64,000 nt of DNA from the NCBI GenBank assembly GCA_022605425.2, contig JAKIMF020000005.1, forward strand, positions 1,054,001 through 1,118,000, given 5' to 3'. The translations under genes were made by a program, and so were the position numbers. Positions 37,409 through 51,607 of this stretch are shown piece after piece (position 1 is the stretch's first letter; each line of letters opens with the position of its first letter). A model generated the notes under the pieces. The model was not told the origin of the DNA. It was given only the letters and a program-made list of their open reading frames with translations, and did not search any database. Origin of the DNA: Hamiltosporidium tvaerminnensis FI-OER-3-3 (Eukaryota > Fungi > Microsporidia).

Positions 37409-39059
37409 TCTTAAAAGTAAAAATAGAAGCATTCAAGCTAACAAAAAGCCAAATTATTTAAATTATCTAGTATTTACTAGAAAAATTTTGCCAGAGCACG
37501 ATTGATACTGGCTTTATCAAATATTGATAACGAAAATAAAATAATGGGTATAAATCTATTTTAATTTTTTTAAAATCCCAAAAGGGTATTTTTTTAAATA
37601 CTTCTAGATATTTTTTTATATTAAACTAGAAGAAAGAATTAATGTAATAAAATGGCTTTTGTTAAATTTAATATTCCTAATATTGCTTTAATATACTTAG
37701 ATATTTAACATTATATAAAGGATATCATTGTCCTAATAATCTTATTAGTATCGAGTCCAATAAAACTAACTTTCACAATCGATCAAATTTTTTAGAATAT
37801 AAAAATATTAGATTAGAATTATATTGGGAACTGGGTTTTTTTCTTCTATATCTAATGTATACAAGAAGAATAATCAAATATCCAAAACTTTATGATCAAT
37901 CAGTTAAAAAAAATACTTATATCTTTAATAGCAAAGGCCATGGCTCAAGAACCAAAGACAAATCCTATATTGGCCGGTAGATATATGCTAAATGTATTTG
38001 TTTATAAAAATAGCGGAAATCTATTCTTTAAACCTTTTAAAACCCGTTTCAATAAAAACTTGAACTTTTCACGCATTACCGATTTCGTAAATTATTATAA
38101 ACCCGCCAAATCTGTTTTATAAATAAATGATATTCTATGATTTCTCATGCAAATGTGTATTAAAAAATAGCCGATATTGTATATCTCCCAATATTTGCCA
38201 CAAATAACCTGATATTCATCAAATTATTTATTTATTCTTTTGATTTATTTCATTTTCATCTACTCGCCCGTAAATAACAGTGCGTTCTTACGCTTAACTC
38301 TAGAACTATAGGTTTGGGCGCTTTTAATTTGATAATCGAAATTGTATTTAATCTTTCTTAATTAATATTTATAAGTTTTATCACTTATCCTAGGCCCTAC
38401 TATTTGTCGATATTGTCATAATTATAGTGGAAAATTTTCTAGAAAAATAAGAAGAGCAGCTGAGCCAACCCTTTTATGAGCATTTCCAGTAGCTCCAAGG
38501 TACTGTAATGCTTATTTAGATCGACTAAGAAATCAAAATAACCAAGTCCTCGAATAGAGTAGGTTGTTGATGAAGGAATGGGAGCTCCTAAAATTTATAA
38601 TGCGCTCGAAAACCTTCAAACGCAAATTACAATACATAAACAATTTATGTATTTTAGTAATTATTCAAAGTATTACATAACTTAGGAATCGCTGCAATTG
38701 CTTCTTTGTAAACCTTGAAAAGTGCTTACTAACGCAAAAGACTCCTTTATAGAGCCAAAATTTTGTTTTTGTTTTCTCCTAAACAATTTCAAAAATTTGT
38801 CTTTATCTCTCTTTAAAAAATACGTAATTTAATTAGCTATTTTTTATTAACAGAAGGCCATATTGATAACTTTGAAATGCGTTCAAGCAAAGTAAAAACT
38901 AGTCATAAATCGAAAATTTAAATCCAATTTATTTTTTCCATAACAGAAATATCTTATATTTAATCAAAAATTTAAAAGTTTCAATGAAGCTTGGTTTTAA
39001 CACATTAAGAAAGAAACAATATAAATAAATAAAGGCTTAACAAAACATAGAGCTTACTT

Positions 39060-40244
39060 TCAAATGATCAATTTATTTTGGTAACTCGGCGGATTAAATG
39101 TTCCATTCGATTTTATTTTTTTTTTAGTCGAAGACATGTTTTTTTTAGGATTTATATTTTCTATCGAAAATTCAAATTTTTTTTTCCAAGTATATATACG
39201 ATTATTACTTTTTTCGATAACATCATATTCATCATTCGATTTTTTTATGAATATAGATATCTTTTTATCTTCTTCTATTTCAGTAATTAAAACATTTGAA
39301 ATAAGGCTGAACAAAAAAAAGCATATTTCGTGGTTTTTATTTTCTATAAAATATGATTTTGCTTTAAGTTCGTACAACAAACAATCATGTAACAAATTTT
39401 TAAATATCTCATTGGGTCTTAAAAGTATTTCATCAAATCCGATGTGTGTATTTGTCTGTATATGAATACTTTGGATGGCAAAATAATCCATGGTTTGCAT
39501 AAAGTAACAGACTTCCTTGTTAATTTCTTCTGTATGAATATTATTATGACCAAACATTATATTATCAAGAATAATAGATGTCAACGATTTTGAAGAATTA
39601 TTATTTCGTAGGCGAAAAATTTCTAACATATTAAAATAATAACAATATGTATCAAAACGTTTTTTGGTAGCATTATAGTGAATATTTTCTTGTATTTTAC
39701 GCTCTATATATAAGATATGGTATTTTTCGGCAGCTTTATTTTTTTTTACTTTTTCTCGAATTAATTTAGGCGCAAGCATCTTATTTCTTAGTCTGTGTTT
39801 TCTAACCTGACTTTCATTTTTCGAATTTCTAAGCTTTTTTTCGGATTTCGTTGTTTTTATATTTATACATTTAAAAGGGCTACCATTTTTTTTGCTTTTT
39901 TTGCTACCTATATTTTTATCAACGGTGCATTCTTGCCATTGAATATCTAGATTTGGTCTAAATGTCCGCAAATCAGTATCATTTGACGATTTATTGCTAC
40001 CCAAAACTTGTATTGGCTCATCGCCTACGCAATCTGATATATTTTGATTTATGGAACAACAATTGGTCTGTTTATAATGTATACTACCATCCATTTCCAT
40101 AAAATCGTTCGATGAATCGCTATTTAAAGTCAAATGCAAGTCAATGTTTTGATTTGGGTTTTTTAAACAATCCGAAATAGAGCTTTTTGGGTTCTTAGTA
40201 TACGTGGCTGCACTTATAATAGTGGCAAATACATTAAAAATCAT
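39060..40244 (-). CDS. Hypothetical lineage-specific protein, possible signal peptide and basic (NLS-like) central region
   Basis: Intact long ORF. First ATG at 40244 gives MIFNVFATIISAATY (hydrophobic leader). Lys/Arg-rich segment KKSKK...RKHRLRNK..KVKKNK. Confidence 0.65.
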   Translation of the reverse strand: MIFNVFATIISAATYTKNPKSSISDCLKNPNQNIDLHLTLNSDSSNDFMEMDGSIHYKQTNCCSINQNISDCVGDEPIQVLGSNKSSNDTDLRTFRPNLDIQWQECTVDKNIGSKKSKKNGSPFKCINIKTTKSEKKLRNSKNESQVRKHRLRNKMLAPKLIREKVKKNKAAEKYHILYIERKIQENIHYNATKKRFDTYCYYFNMLEIFRLRNNNSSKSLTSIILDNIMFGHNNIHTEEINKEVCYFMQTMDYFAIQSIHIQTNTHIGFDEILLRPNEIFKNLLHDCLLYELKAKSYFIENKNHEICFFLFSLISNVLITEIEEDKKISIFIKKSNDEYDVIEKSNNRIYTWKKKFEFSIENINPKKNMSSTKKKIKSNGTFNPPSYQNKLII

Positions 40245-41583
40245 GTATGGATCAAATATTTCTGTTAATAAATTTCGATTGATATCAAAATTCTTTTTTA
40301 TCAAATTAAAAATCTAAATGAATACACCATAGGTCTTATTAATTTGAAACCTAATGAGGAATTTTTTTATGCGATCCATACAATTATTCTAATTAAAACT
40401 TCAAAAATTGCAATATATTGTTCATTGTTTTTATAATCAACTTTTATATTCAATGTTTTTTTTCGATCAACTTGGATTTTTTTTGAAATTTAATTTAAAA
40501 ATTCGATGCCCAAATCGATACAATTATACGGCGAATTAAAGTTTAGTATATATCTAAAATAAGAAAACATAAGGCTTATAAATTGAATTGCGTAGAAAAA
40601 TATATTTTAATATAGTAGAAAGGCTATCGCTTATTTATATTTAGTATATAAAATATATTAAAAAAAATAGGCCGAACTTAAAAATGTATAAATTCAGTTT
40701 TCATTTTGCTAACTTAGTAACTTCCGAAATCCGAATTTTAGACATATATAATATTTTTTTTAATTTATTTACTGAAGAAAAAACATTAAATCCCTTTTTT
40801 TAGACAATTAGAAAAAATACAATTAATTTGTGTTTATCAGTATTCATTAATTTAATTTAACAAACAAAAAAATCTAAACAAAACTACAAAAAATAAAATA
40901 TAAAACTACAATATAAAATTATACTTATAAATTTTAATTTTTCATGTTATGATCAGAACTAAAGATGAATCGACTTATCTTTTTTAAAGCAAAAAATGAA
41001 CAAAAATGGTATATAAACAATATTAAGATATCTGCGCGGTTAAAACTTATTTTAAATCTTTCTAATATTCCTAAAAAAAACATTAAAGTGTATTTTCGGC
41101 AAATAATAGGTGATAATTTACTACACCGATCCAATGTAATATTTAATCATATCAGGTGCTACCAATACCCTGCTTCTTTGTATACAAATTTTCCCTTTTG
41201 GTTTTTTTTACATCAATAATGTAGTTTATAATTAATGCAGTAGTTATAATTAGACCACGCGTTAGTATGAAGTTTTTTAAATTCTAAATTTATTTTTACT
41301 CAATAAATATAATTTTAAATCTATAACTCGAAGGAAACGGCTTGCGCCAAAAAAAATTAAAATGAGTATGAGAGAATAAATTTAACACTAAAATAAAGGC
41401 TGGTTATGTAATTTAGAATAGTTTACCTGATATATTTTTTTTTATTAAAAAATTTAATAAAACCAGATTAATTGATTACTAAAATACAAGAAAAGACTTT
41501 TTTTCTTTATTAATCAAGCAACCAAGGATTTTGGTAATGATCATAAAGTTTTTGTTGATATAATCTTTTATAAGATAACTTCA

Positions 41584-41645
41584 GGAAATATTTCCACATA
41601 GTACCATAGGACATGTCCTAGAAAGTACCATATCCACATGTGGAT
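41584..41645. repeat. Three regularly spaced perfect palindromes
   Basis: GGAAATATTTCC (41584-41595), TAGGACATGTCCTA (41607-41620), ATCCACATGTGGAT (41632-41645). The last two are each preceded by AGTACCA. Confidence 0.8.
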
Positions 41646-42099
41646 GATTCCATATATACATTCTATAACATTAAAAAAAATTAATTGAAAACTTTTTTTA
41701 GGCTTGACAAAAAGGACTGGTGTCAAGGGCAACAGCACATTTAAAATTAAAAGAGAACATAACTAAATTCATATAGAGAGCCAAATGAAATGTGCAATTA
41801 TACCATATGTAAAATATTTAGCAATGAGAAACAGTTTGCAAGCTAATAAAGTCCCAAAATTCCGATCCGGTAGTGTTGATCGTAAAAACTATGAAAAGAT
41901 CCAGTGAAAATTTAAAATTTGACCCAATTTTATGAAAGGATTTTAGATCGAAAATAGGGTAGCTGTATCGAAGAATAGAAGTCTAAAATGATTATACGAT
42001 GTTTAAAGAAATTCACTCTGTGCAATAAATTGCTTTATATCAATAGTTACTCAGATAATACATATATAATTGAAAATAAGCATAATACAATTTAAATAG

Positions 42100-43400
42100 T
42101 AAAAGATGTTAAATGATATTTTATTTCACTCTTAATATTGCATGGCAGATTCTTTTTCGACGCTTCTATTTTTAGTTTTAACGCAAAAGATCAATGGCAT
42201 ACGTACTCAAATGTAATTTCCAAATATGTATTAATCTGGTTCCCTGTTATTACTTTGCTTATAATTGATTTCAAACAACCAATATACTCACTAGATAAAA
42301 GCTAAATTTTAACTTAGAATATTAACTTCACGGTGCTGTAACTAATTCATAAAGCCTTTCTTTTTTTTATGGTTTAGGGGTTTTATAAGGCACAACCAAT
42401 CCATTGCTGTTTAAAAGCAACTACTTTACCAGTTATCAACTTGTCGAATACCTAATGATATTAATAAAAAAGGTTCACATATTAAAATCTGCCTATAACA
42501 TATCACTTTGCTTTCATTATTTTCTATTTTGATGTTTTTGCTTTGAAATATATTCTTATTTAATGATGCATCTATTCAGAAGCGCATTTAGATCTAATAT
42601 TTCAATGTATAGCATATAATTTTCTTAAATACGACTTAATTAACTTACAACCCTAAGGTTTTCAATAAATATGCTTGATTAATCACTAACAATCATATTT
42701 TCTAATTAACATACCCGGTATTTCTTATTGTTCTGGATAACACAACTTGAAATGGACGTTTCTTACAAGTGAATTATATATTTTATCATTGCAATTTTCT
42801 TGAATGCCATTTTTTTCATTCAAATGTAATGTTTCGAAATTTTTTTGTCATGAAACACCTCAAAATACATTTATAAGTTTGAGCCATATTTAACTTCACA
42901 TTTATTCATAAATTGATCTCAGAGAGAAATTTGCCCGAAGAAAGTAAATTCAAAACAATATTTTATTTCTACTATTTTCTAAAGTCGTTAATATCGATCA
43001 TGTGTGGTGTTGGGTATTCATTCGTTGTATAATACGAATAAATTTAATTCATACCAATAAGAAAAAATCTCAACAAGCTTTAGATATTGAGTTCATATAT
43101 TTTAACTTTTGTATAGCAACCAGTACATCTGGTCAAGATCGAATAAAACACGCTATAAATTATTTAGGCTAAGAAAAAGGCTCTAAAGATCTAATTTGTA
43201 GAAAAATTTGAACTATTATTACTTACTAAAGTTCCTGATTTATATTCCGTATATCATGGTTCGTTGGGAATTAAAATAGCCCAGCGTAGTATATATTTTT
43301 TTTAGACATTGCAAAAATAAGATTAATGTGGGCCTTTTAAAGTATTTTATTTTTCTGATTAAAAACGGTGTCAGCACTTATTCATTTACCCGATTATATC
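42100..43400 (-). mobile_element. Decayed Ty3/Gypsy RT-RNase H relic (tentative)
   Basis: Minus-strand remnants in pol order: EYPTPHMIDI (~YPLPRIDDI), ADFN.EPFLL (~PDFNKPFIL), YSTVKL (~YSTTEKEL). Boundaries approximate. Confidence 0.4.
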
Positions 43401-45714
43401 TCTTAAAATTCAAACAGACACTATTTTCTGTATAATATTTTTTTGAAAACGGTTCGTGTTAAAAATAGATATAAATAATTGTTTTTGTCTCTAATATTAA
43501 ATAAATTACCGTTTTCACATATATTATCTATTAAATATTTATTTTCAAATAATATAGATCGAGTGAGTAATGAAACCAAAATATTTTAATTTATTTTTTT
43601 AATTTCTCGCCAAGTAAAAGATTTTTTTGTATAATAATAGTAATTTTTCCAAAATAAAACAAAAATTGTTATCATTTAACCTTCATTGAGTCATTTATAA
43701 GAAAATACTATAATTATTACCACGTATAATAGGCCTGAGCTATCCAATAGGCATTCTTTATTTCCTATAAAATGTTCGGTTTTTAATAACGCCTTTTGTT
43801 TTTGTTAAATTTCTTTTATTTCCATAACATTTTTCTAGTTTTCTTCCGTTATTACTTTTCTTCCAGTTATTTCCTACATATTCCGCTTAATATTCGTTTT
43901 AAATAAAATAAATTAGAATATGTTAATCTTGAAAAGAATAAAAAGTTTAATTTTTTTCAATTCCCGTCTCTTTTGTCGTTTTCTGTCTTTTTGTTCTATC
44001 AATTTTTACAAAGCGAAAGAATATTGTAAACATCTAAATACTTGCCTCTGATTGCATTTAAAATATATTAATTTCCATCTCCATAACTTAATACAAGGTA
44101 CTTTGAGGCATTTTAGCAAAATAAAAGAACACTATATCACAATTTACATACATCAAAGCTATTCATATAATTACAGCTTTTCTCCTTTCTAACTAAAATT
44201 CCTAAAAAAGCAAATTATTTAACTAAGAAAAATATTTAAAAATTACGTGTTTAGATAATAAGTTATACTTTCGATAATAGCTATAACAGTAATATAATGC
44301 ATTGCATGTTCTTTGTTTGATTTTCTCCTACATCTTTTCAATATGTTCAATTATAAAAGAATAAAATAAAAAATTGTACGAAAAAATAAACTATTATTTT
44401 TAAAATTGACTCAACTAAACAAAAGTAAAATAATATAAAATTCAAATAACGTAAAATGAAATAGAAAGAAAAAACAAAATAAACCAAGATAAGATGAGAT
44501 AATAACAAGAGTAATCAACTTACTTTAATGGTAATGGATTCTAAATTTAATACTTCTGTAAGATATTTTTTTTCCACATTACGCTCTTACTTGATTAGTT
44601 TAACTCAAAGAGAATTACAACCAAAAAGCTCAACAAAAGTCAAATACCAGCCTCGAAAAGGTTGTAATTTGTTTTTTTGGCATTTTTATTGTATCGAAGC
44701 TCTTTCCAAAATGGCGAATAAGTTAAAAACTAGAATTTGTTATACTGATCATCAAATTTCTTTTAATTTTTAGAAAGATACTTAGTTCTATTTAACCCAT
44801 AACTGTATTGAACTTATCAAGTTCCTCTGTATCAGCCTAATACTTTTAAGTACGACAGGATTGAAATTTAGTGCACCAAAACGTTTCTAAATGAATTTGG
44901 GCTCGCAAAACATGTTACCTCCAATTCTTGAAAGTAAAAAAAAAATTGAGTTCCTTGAATTTTATCTATTGCTGCTGGGATGGAATGGCACTCTTTACGT
45001 TTATTTCTTTATTAGGAAATGATAAAATGAGTTATGAATGCGAAATTGATTTTTCCCGGTTCTTGAACCTTGTTTCTTTTTAAATTTTTATTTCGTATAT
45101 GGATAAATATATAGAAATTAAAATCTGAAGAAATGTAAGTTAAATTACAGCAAAGAAGATGATATTCCTAAAACAATCTAGAAATCTGTAACTATAAAAT
45201 AATCAGGAGCTAAAGTATTCATCGATAAAATGATGAATATGGCTACAATCTTATGTAATAGACACATAAATAAAATATTCTTAGAGCATTTAGATACCAA
45301 AGAAACTTCACCTTTGGTAAAAAAATATTCTTCGAAATTGCGGTTTGGTAACTTTGGTATTATTGTGGAAATGTAATTTGAAAACGACATGTGATTACAA
45401 ACACACTTTTTGGAAAATTCTTGATAGGTATAAGTATTAAGTTAAACATATGTTATGGTCAATTTGATAAATTTAACAAAACACTAAGATAATTCTAACA
45501 TATCAGTCATATAATGTTTCTAAGCTTTTTCAAGTCCCTATAAAAAATCGACAGCGATTTAACAAAAAGCTTCTGGTTCGATTTTCGCTACAGAATCAGG
45601 ATTTTTTCCTTATTATCGCTTATACTATCCCGAGCCTTACAATTTTAATCTTGTTTTGGAATTATTAGTTATTTTTAGAAAAAATACAAGATCGATGTTA
45701 ACTAATATAAGAAT

Positions 45715-47443
45715 ATGAAAAATCGTTTTGAAGAACAACTGAATGAATCGGGCTCATCCAAGTACCTGAATATACAAATTCTGACAAAAAAACAATACTT
45801 AGAAGCAATAAAAAAAAGTTAAAACATCTAAAAACATAGTGTAAGAAAAAAACCCCGAAAATCAGAGTTTACGTAGATTTTATGTAATGACGATTGGAAA
45901 TAAGAAAAATCTGAAAGTTCCTGTGGAAAAATAAGTAATGAAAATATCGAGTTTAATGCACAACATGAAGTGGTATTTCTAATTTTACATAATGCGCATG
46001 TTGCAATTTGGTATGGAATAAGGGCATGTGAGAAAAAGAGATAAATTCAAAGTATAAAAACATCACAAGAGAAATGATAGTAATGATCTTAATTTATGTA
46101 TGCCTTGTGTAAAAACGCTGTGTGTCCAAAGAGAAGTTGGTGGTAAAACCAATACTAAATAAAAGCCTGAAAAAATGCTGTCAATTCGATTTAATCGGCA
46201 TGCAATCACAAGAAGATGATCAATATAAATTTAATTGTATAGTAAGATCATTTTACAATTTATTCGACTTGAATTCTTAAAAACAAAAAAGCGGTAGAGG
46301 TATCAGATCTACTTTTGTATGGTATTACTTATTTTGGTGCGTCTTCTATTTTACAAAGGGATAATGGCAGATAATTTACGTGCAATAGTATTGAAGGGGT
46401 GTAAAATGTGGCCAGTGTTAAAAATGTAACTTGGAAAGCCCAAAATTCTCAAAGTTAGGTTTTCTTAGAGGGTGAAAATCAAGATGTTGAAATAAGGCTT
46501 TATACATGGTGCGAAGACAAAAACATAAACATGTCAGAAAGTTTACGTTTTATTCAAATTTTGAAATACAAAGCCTATCAATGTAGAAAAACTGTATTCT
46601 GTATGAGATCATGTTTGGAAAAAAAAGTTAAAAGTCTGTTTAAAAGTTTTCTACCCATGGAATTTCTGGCTAAAATCAATTCTGAGAAATAAATAGAAGA
46701 AATATGAATAGATCAAAACTTTTTTAATTTGCTGAAGGCGGTGCTTTGTAAAATACATCATTATTGCGACAAAAAGTAAAAATATCAAGGTTGAAGTATT
46801 TTCTACTGATATTTATGTTAAATATTCAACTTTGCTATCTAAATCCTTTTCTGGTTTTCATAACAAAGAAAAAAAACAATTTTAAGAAACCGTCTCATCT
46901 TATGGTCCCTGGTCAGAAACAAATTGCAAATGAAGATTATGATGATCTATATGAAGATTTTTATTTGAAAAAGAAATCAAACCTATTTACAATTATGGAG
47001 ATTTCACAAGAAATTTAGACAAACAAGCTGAAAAATGCTTAAAATTTTTAATTCAAAATACAGTGACGCTAAAGAAGGTGACACGGAGAGAGTTCGAATT
47101 CCATATGTCGACGGAGGTCGCACTGATCCAAAGAAACATTTTGAATTTATTCTGAAAATAAAAAATGGCAATCTGGATAAAATTAGCACCAAAAATGGAA
47201 TCTTGAAGCAACTTGACACGAGGAACCAATTTAAAATATGTAATAAAATTTTATTTGTATCGAAGAAATTACAAGACCGGGATTTCATCAAGAGAATGTG
47301 GAAGAATTTCATTTAAACCCGGGCTAAAATTATAGTCGATGTGGTTGTAAATTTGGATGTACATCTGAAAAATGCAAGTGTTTAAAGAGGAAAAGCTATG
47401 CTATTTCAAATTTCTCCAAAATGGAAGCTGCTCTGATAAATAA
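45715..47443 (+). mobile_element. Pseudogenised Ginger/GIN-type (KRBA2/SCAND3-like) DDE integrase DNA transposon
   Basis: Joined frames give H..H..I.YG...KEINSKYKNITREMI...LCMPC, LVVKPIL, QFDLIGMQSQ.D.QYKF, FGASSILQRDNGR*F, ENQDVE..L..W, LRFIQ, YEIMFG, GDT.RV.IP.VD.GRTDP, ISTKNGILKQL..RNQF and a terminal CGCKFGCTSEKCKC..K.LC...SC.DK*. Confidence 0.85.
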
Positions 47444-47984
47444 AAAATTACGGATTGGACATAGTTTATAAATTCCATTTTTTTCGTTTTACGTATATAC
47501 TTTCCATATTTTTTTACTTTAATAATATTTCCTCTTTTTTTTTGTTTTTTTCCAAAATAAAATAAAAAAATTATCAAATTGCGAATTCGCTTTAGATATT
47601 ATAAATAATGACAAGAATAATCAAATTGGTACTGACATATATAAACGATAATAAAAACCGTATTATAGACCACTAACAAATTTCCATTCTTACAAAAATC
47701 ATTGAAACAAGAAAATAATTTCCTAATTCTATAAAAGGAAATAATAAAATAAAGCAGTTTTGATTTCTTTGGTCTTTTAAAGAGAAAGATTTGAATTTTA
47801 TATTGAGATTAGATAAACACCCTCATGAGAATGTATTTTAGTTAAGAAAGATTTATAGGCATTGGAAACAGCATTAAAAACCACAAAAGTCTATCGTAGT
47901 CTATTTGAATCAGTTAGTAGCAATTGTGAATCTATAAAATCTGTTATTTTTTTAAGTAGGTATGGTATATATTTGATTTTCCTT

Positions 47985-48230
47985 GAATAAATTCCGAGTT
48001 AAAATATTTTCCCCACCTTTATACATTTTTCTACCTAATACACAACCATCCTTTCTTCTTCTAAATCCGACTCTTCACTTATGTTAAAAGTCGGTTCCTC
48101 TGGTGTGGTTCATAACACTAAGATAAGGATGCTATTATTTTTTGTTTTATAAGTAACATCTTCTTCCTGGATACTCATTTGTTTTGCAGTGGATATATTT
48201 CTCGTGTATCTCGATCCTTTAATAGCATCA
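47985..48230 (-). mobile_element. 3'-terminal fragment of R4-like element (copy F)
   Basis: aataaattccgagttaaaatatttt ... ttcttctaaatccgactcttcacttatgtt...cggttcctc matches the element 3' end. Confidence 0.7.
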
Positions 48231-49029
48231 ACGGTATACATTTTATCTACATGTAAAATTTAAAATCCTTTGCAAATTTGTTTTTATAGTTTGATATGTA
48301 GAGTTGTCTGAATTTTCAAAGTAATGAACATATATGTGTAAATTCAGGATTATAAATCGATTTACATACATCAAAAGAAACTCCTGAATAACGTAGCTAC
48401 AAATCGCAAATATTTTCGGACATTTTTATATTTTCTTAAAATTTAAAAATTCCCGAAAAAGATCTAGGCTCCTTGTAAACAATATTGATTTGATACAGAA
48501 AACCGAGCCTCTATTTTTAATTATGCATTCATGTGAAAGAGCTGATATGGTTAAAATTTGTAGTATTTATATAAAACCACGTGTATTTGAAAAACAAGCT
48601 ATGGTTCAATATACAAAAACAAGCAACAATTATAAATGTAAATTTCTTGTAAATCTTAAAATTAAACTTTAGTTTATATAATAAACAAGAAAATTGGCAC
48701 ATATTTGTAAAACTGCTACATAAAAAGCCAGTACATTATAAATTTATCTCAAATGTATTTTTGGAAATACTATTTTAATTTCAAAAATATTAAAAATAAC
48801 TTAATAAGATGATAAAATAATCTCAAAACAAAGCTTCAATTCCCTATTTTGTAGATACCGCAGGAATATCAGTTCAAATAAGAACATGAATGTTTAGTTA
48901 TGTCATAAAAAATTTAGAAAGTTTTTATAAAATATGGCTGTAATTAAGAAAGGCATTATTACTAATCCTTGTTAAAATAGCAAGAATAATGTCTAAATAT
49001 ATAAAATCTTAGAAGTAATGATAGTTTAA

Positions 49030-51028
49030 TTTATAAAACAACTATTCTTCTGGCTCAATGTAAATGTTTTCTAAATTTTATAATTCTTAATTTACTTTTG
49101 AATCTCCTATTTCCGAATTATAATATATATTCTATTCTCTTTTTGAAGATTAAAAAAGACCTATTAATATAAACATCTGAATATGCTTTGTAATTAAGAT
49201 AGACTTTTATATAATCATTAAATATCACACAAAGAGCTTCGAAACTTTCATCATTCTTGTCAAATCGACACAATTAGATGCAAATTTTTCAAATATCAGA
49301 GGATTTGAAATAAATATTTAAATTAGAAACTGATCGCTTCAAAAAACCATCCTCGTCGTAAAACGATTCATATTGTAGAGCATCAGGCTTTATGAAATCA
49401 ATATAAGACAACATAATTTTTTCAGAGAATATTTTACATTCATAAATATCTTTGTAATCGTATGAGTCAAAGATGAACACATATTTTCCAAGAGGCTTGA
49501 TAAAGCTCGAAAATATTCTTTACACTTTAAATCAAAAAAACTTTGTTTTTGTATTTTTCGAAAGATAATAATATTTCATCTGGTTCGTTCTAAGTATACA
49601 ATCTGATATGACTCTGCTGAATTCAATATACTTATCAAAGATAATATGGGTGTTATTATTGCAAAATTGAAGATTTTTTTTGATAAAATCAACCATATGT
49701 ATAGATTCGGCAATAATTTCCGTTTTGAGAATAATATGCCTCGTTATTGTATCAAATAATTCATATTGCTTATCAGGCCTTGAAAAATATATTTATTTTC
49801 GTCATACTCCTCATAGTCTTCGTATTCCGAGTAACAAGTCTTTACAGATAATGTACGATACTTATGTGAGTTTTTTTATTGGAATTATACTGAGAAACTG
49901 TAAATATTTAAGTATTAAAATCCATAAAGACGAGTTTCTCACTAAATTAATATCATAAGTAATTTATTTTCTATAAAGTGTTTGATATGTATTAAACTCG
50001 AGTAGTAAATGAATATAGGTGAATTATTATCACATAGATCAATTTTTTCAATGTATTCTAACATATTTTCGTTCAAATGAACAAGTATGTCATATTTTCC
50101 AAATCCATCCAAAAAAAATTTTCTTTCTCTGCGACTGAATCTATTGAATCTGGAAATTGTTTAAGATCTTTTTGTATATTATTTGAGTCAATATATAAAT
50201 CTCCTGATACAAAAGTTTGTATATCTGCAAAACATAAATCTTCTTTTAGGCCACTAAACACTGTATATGACTTTTTTTGTATTGATCATTCCCTTTAAAT
50301 ATTTCCTTGGTGATGAAGTTAAGTTAAGTTCGAAGGTTTCCTTTGTCGATTCTAGTTGTGACTTAGACATTTAGGTTGTTTTTTTTTCAAGGTGGTGTTG
50401 TTAATTTTTCTTAGAATTCTAATACGAGCGAATAGGTTTCGACTGGTCTTCGACTTGTGCTTTAGATACATTAGAAGAAACCTTGCAATTTTCAAAACTA
50501 TTACATTGTTCTTCGGAAGAACGATTTTAATAACTATTTTCATATTTATTGATTCACAAACCAGGTCTCTTTCAAAATCATTTGTATCACAATGTGTTAA
50601 AAAAACAAAGGAACGATCTGTAGCATAATCCTCCGGACAGCTTCTTTGTAATTATGTTTTTTATGAGTACCATAAGGATGAAAATAATTTTTTTGTTGAA
50701 ACGTTTTTTTGCTTCGCCTTCAATTTTATAAAGCTTGTTTGAATTTTCAGCGGGATGATCATTATATGAGCGCTTCTACTATAATTTCTTTTTTAGTATC
50801 ACAAACATCTTCATAACTATTGTGTGTAGCTTCTTTTTGCAATTATACTGTGGTTTGTTCTATAACAAATACATTATTAAAATAATTTTGGTCATGACCA
50901 CTGGATTCTGGTTTACAGCAATAACTCGTTACATTGTCTTCCATTTTTATAGGAAGACTATTATTCTGGTGATGAGGCTCTGAGGAAAGGATCGTACTAG
51001 AAATGTAAAAAACCTAAGGATTTATCAT
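49030..51028 (-). pseudogene. Decayed lineage-specific (probably secreted) protein gene, possible paralog of 39060-40244
   Basis: Starts catacATGAT like 40244; MINP*VFYISSTILSS...SYCCKPES resembles MIFNVFATIISAAT...NCCSINQ. Downstream minus-strand fragments (50073-50261, 49289-49480) are separated by stops and frameshifts. Confidence 0.5.
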
Positions 51029-51607
51029 GTATGTGATTAAAGCTTTTATTATATATGTAAAATATATTAATTTAATCAAATTTTAATTTAAATCTACCGA
51101 TAAAATATAATTTTTAAAACTAAAATATGGCTTTTAATCGAACCATATATTAGAAAAAAAGCTCTTGTTGATAAAAAAAAATAGATTAAAATTACAGAAA
51201 TTTTGATTACTATTTCTAACATTATAATATAGGTCTTTTCTATTTGCTAAATAAAAAGTTTTTGGGAGGTTTTGCAACATATCTATATCCTGTATAAGCT
51301 AATTGCCATTTTATATAAAAAAGACAGAAGATTGACATAATATTTTTACATGCGATTTTATATTCGTAGTGTCGCTTAATACCTTCAGCATTATTTGATC
51401 GTTTCAAACAAGAGGTATTTAACACAACTATTTATAATAGCATTTTATTTCTATTTACTTCTTGGTGCAGGTTTAGTAACAATAAGAATAGATATGATTA
51501 CTCGCAATTGCGCCAAGAAAACTTACTTTTTTTTTGTATTATCTAAATGTGTTTTCCATTTTTTTTAAAACTTAAAATTATTCTTACATTATTTAAGAAA
51601 ATAATTT

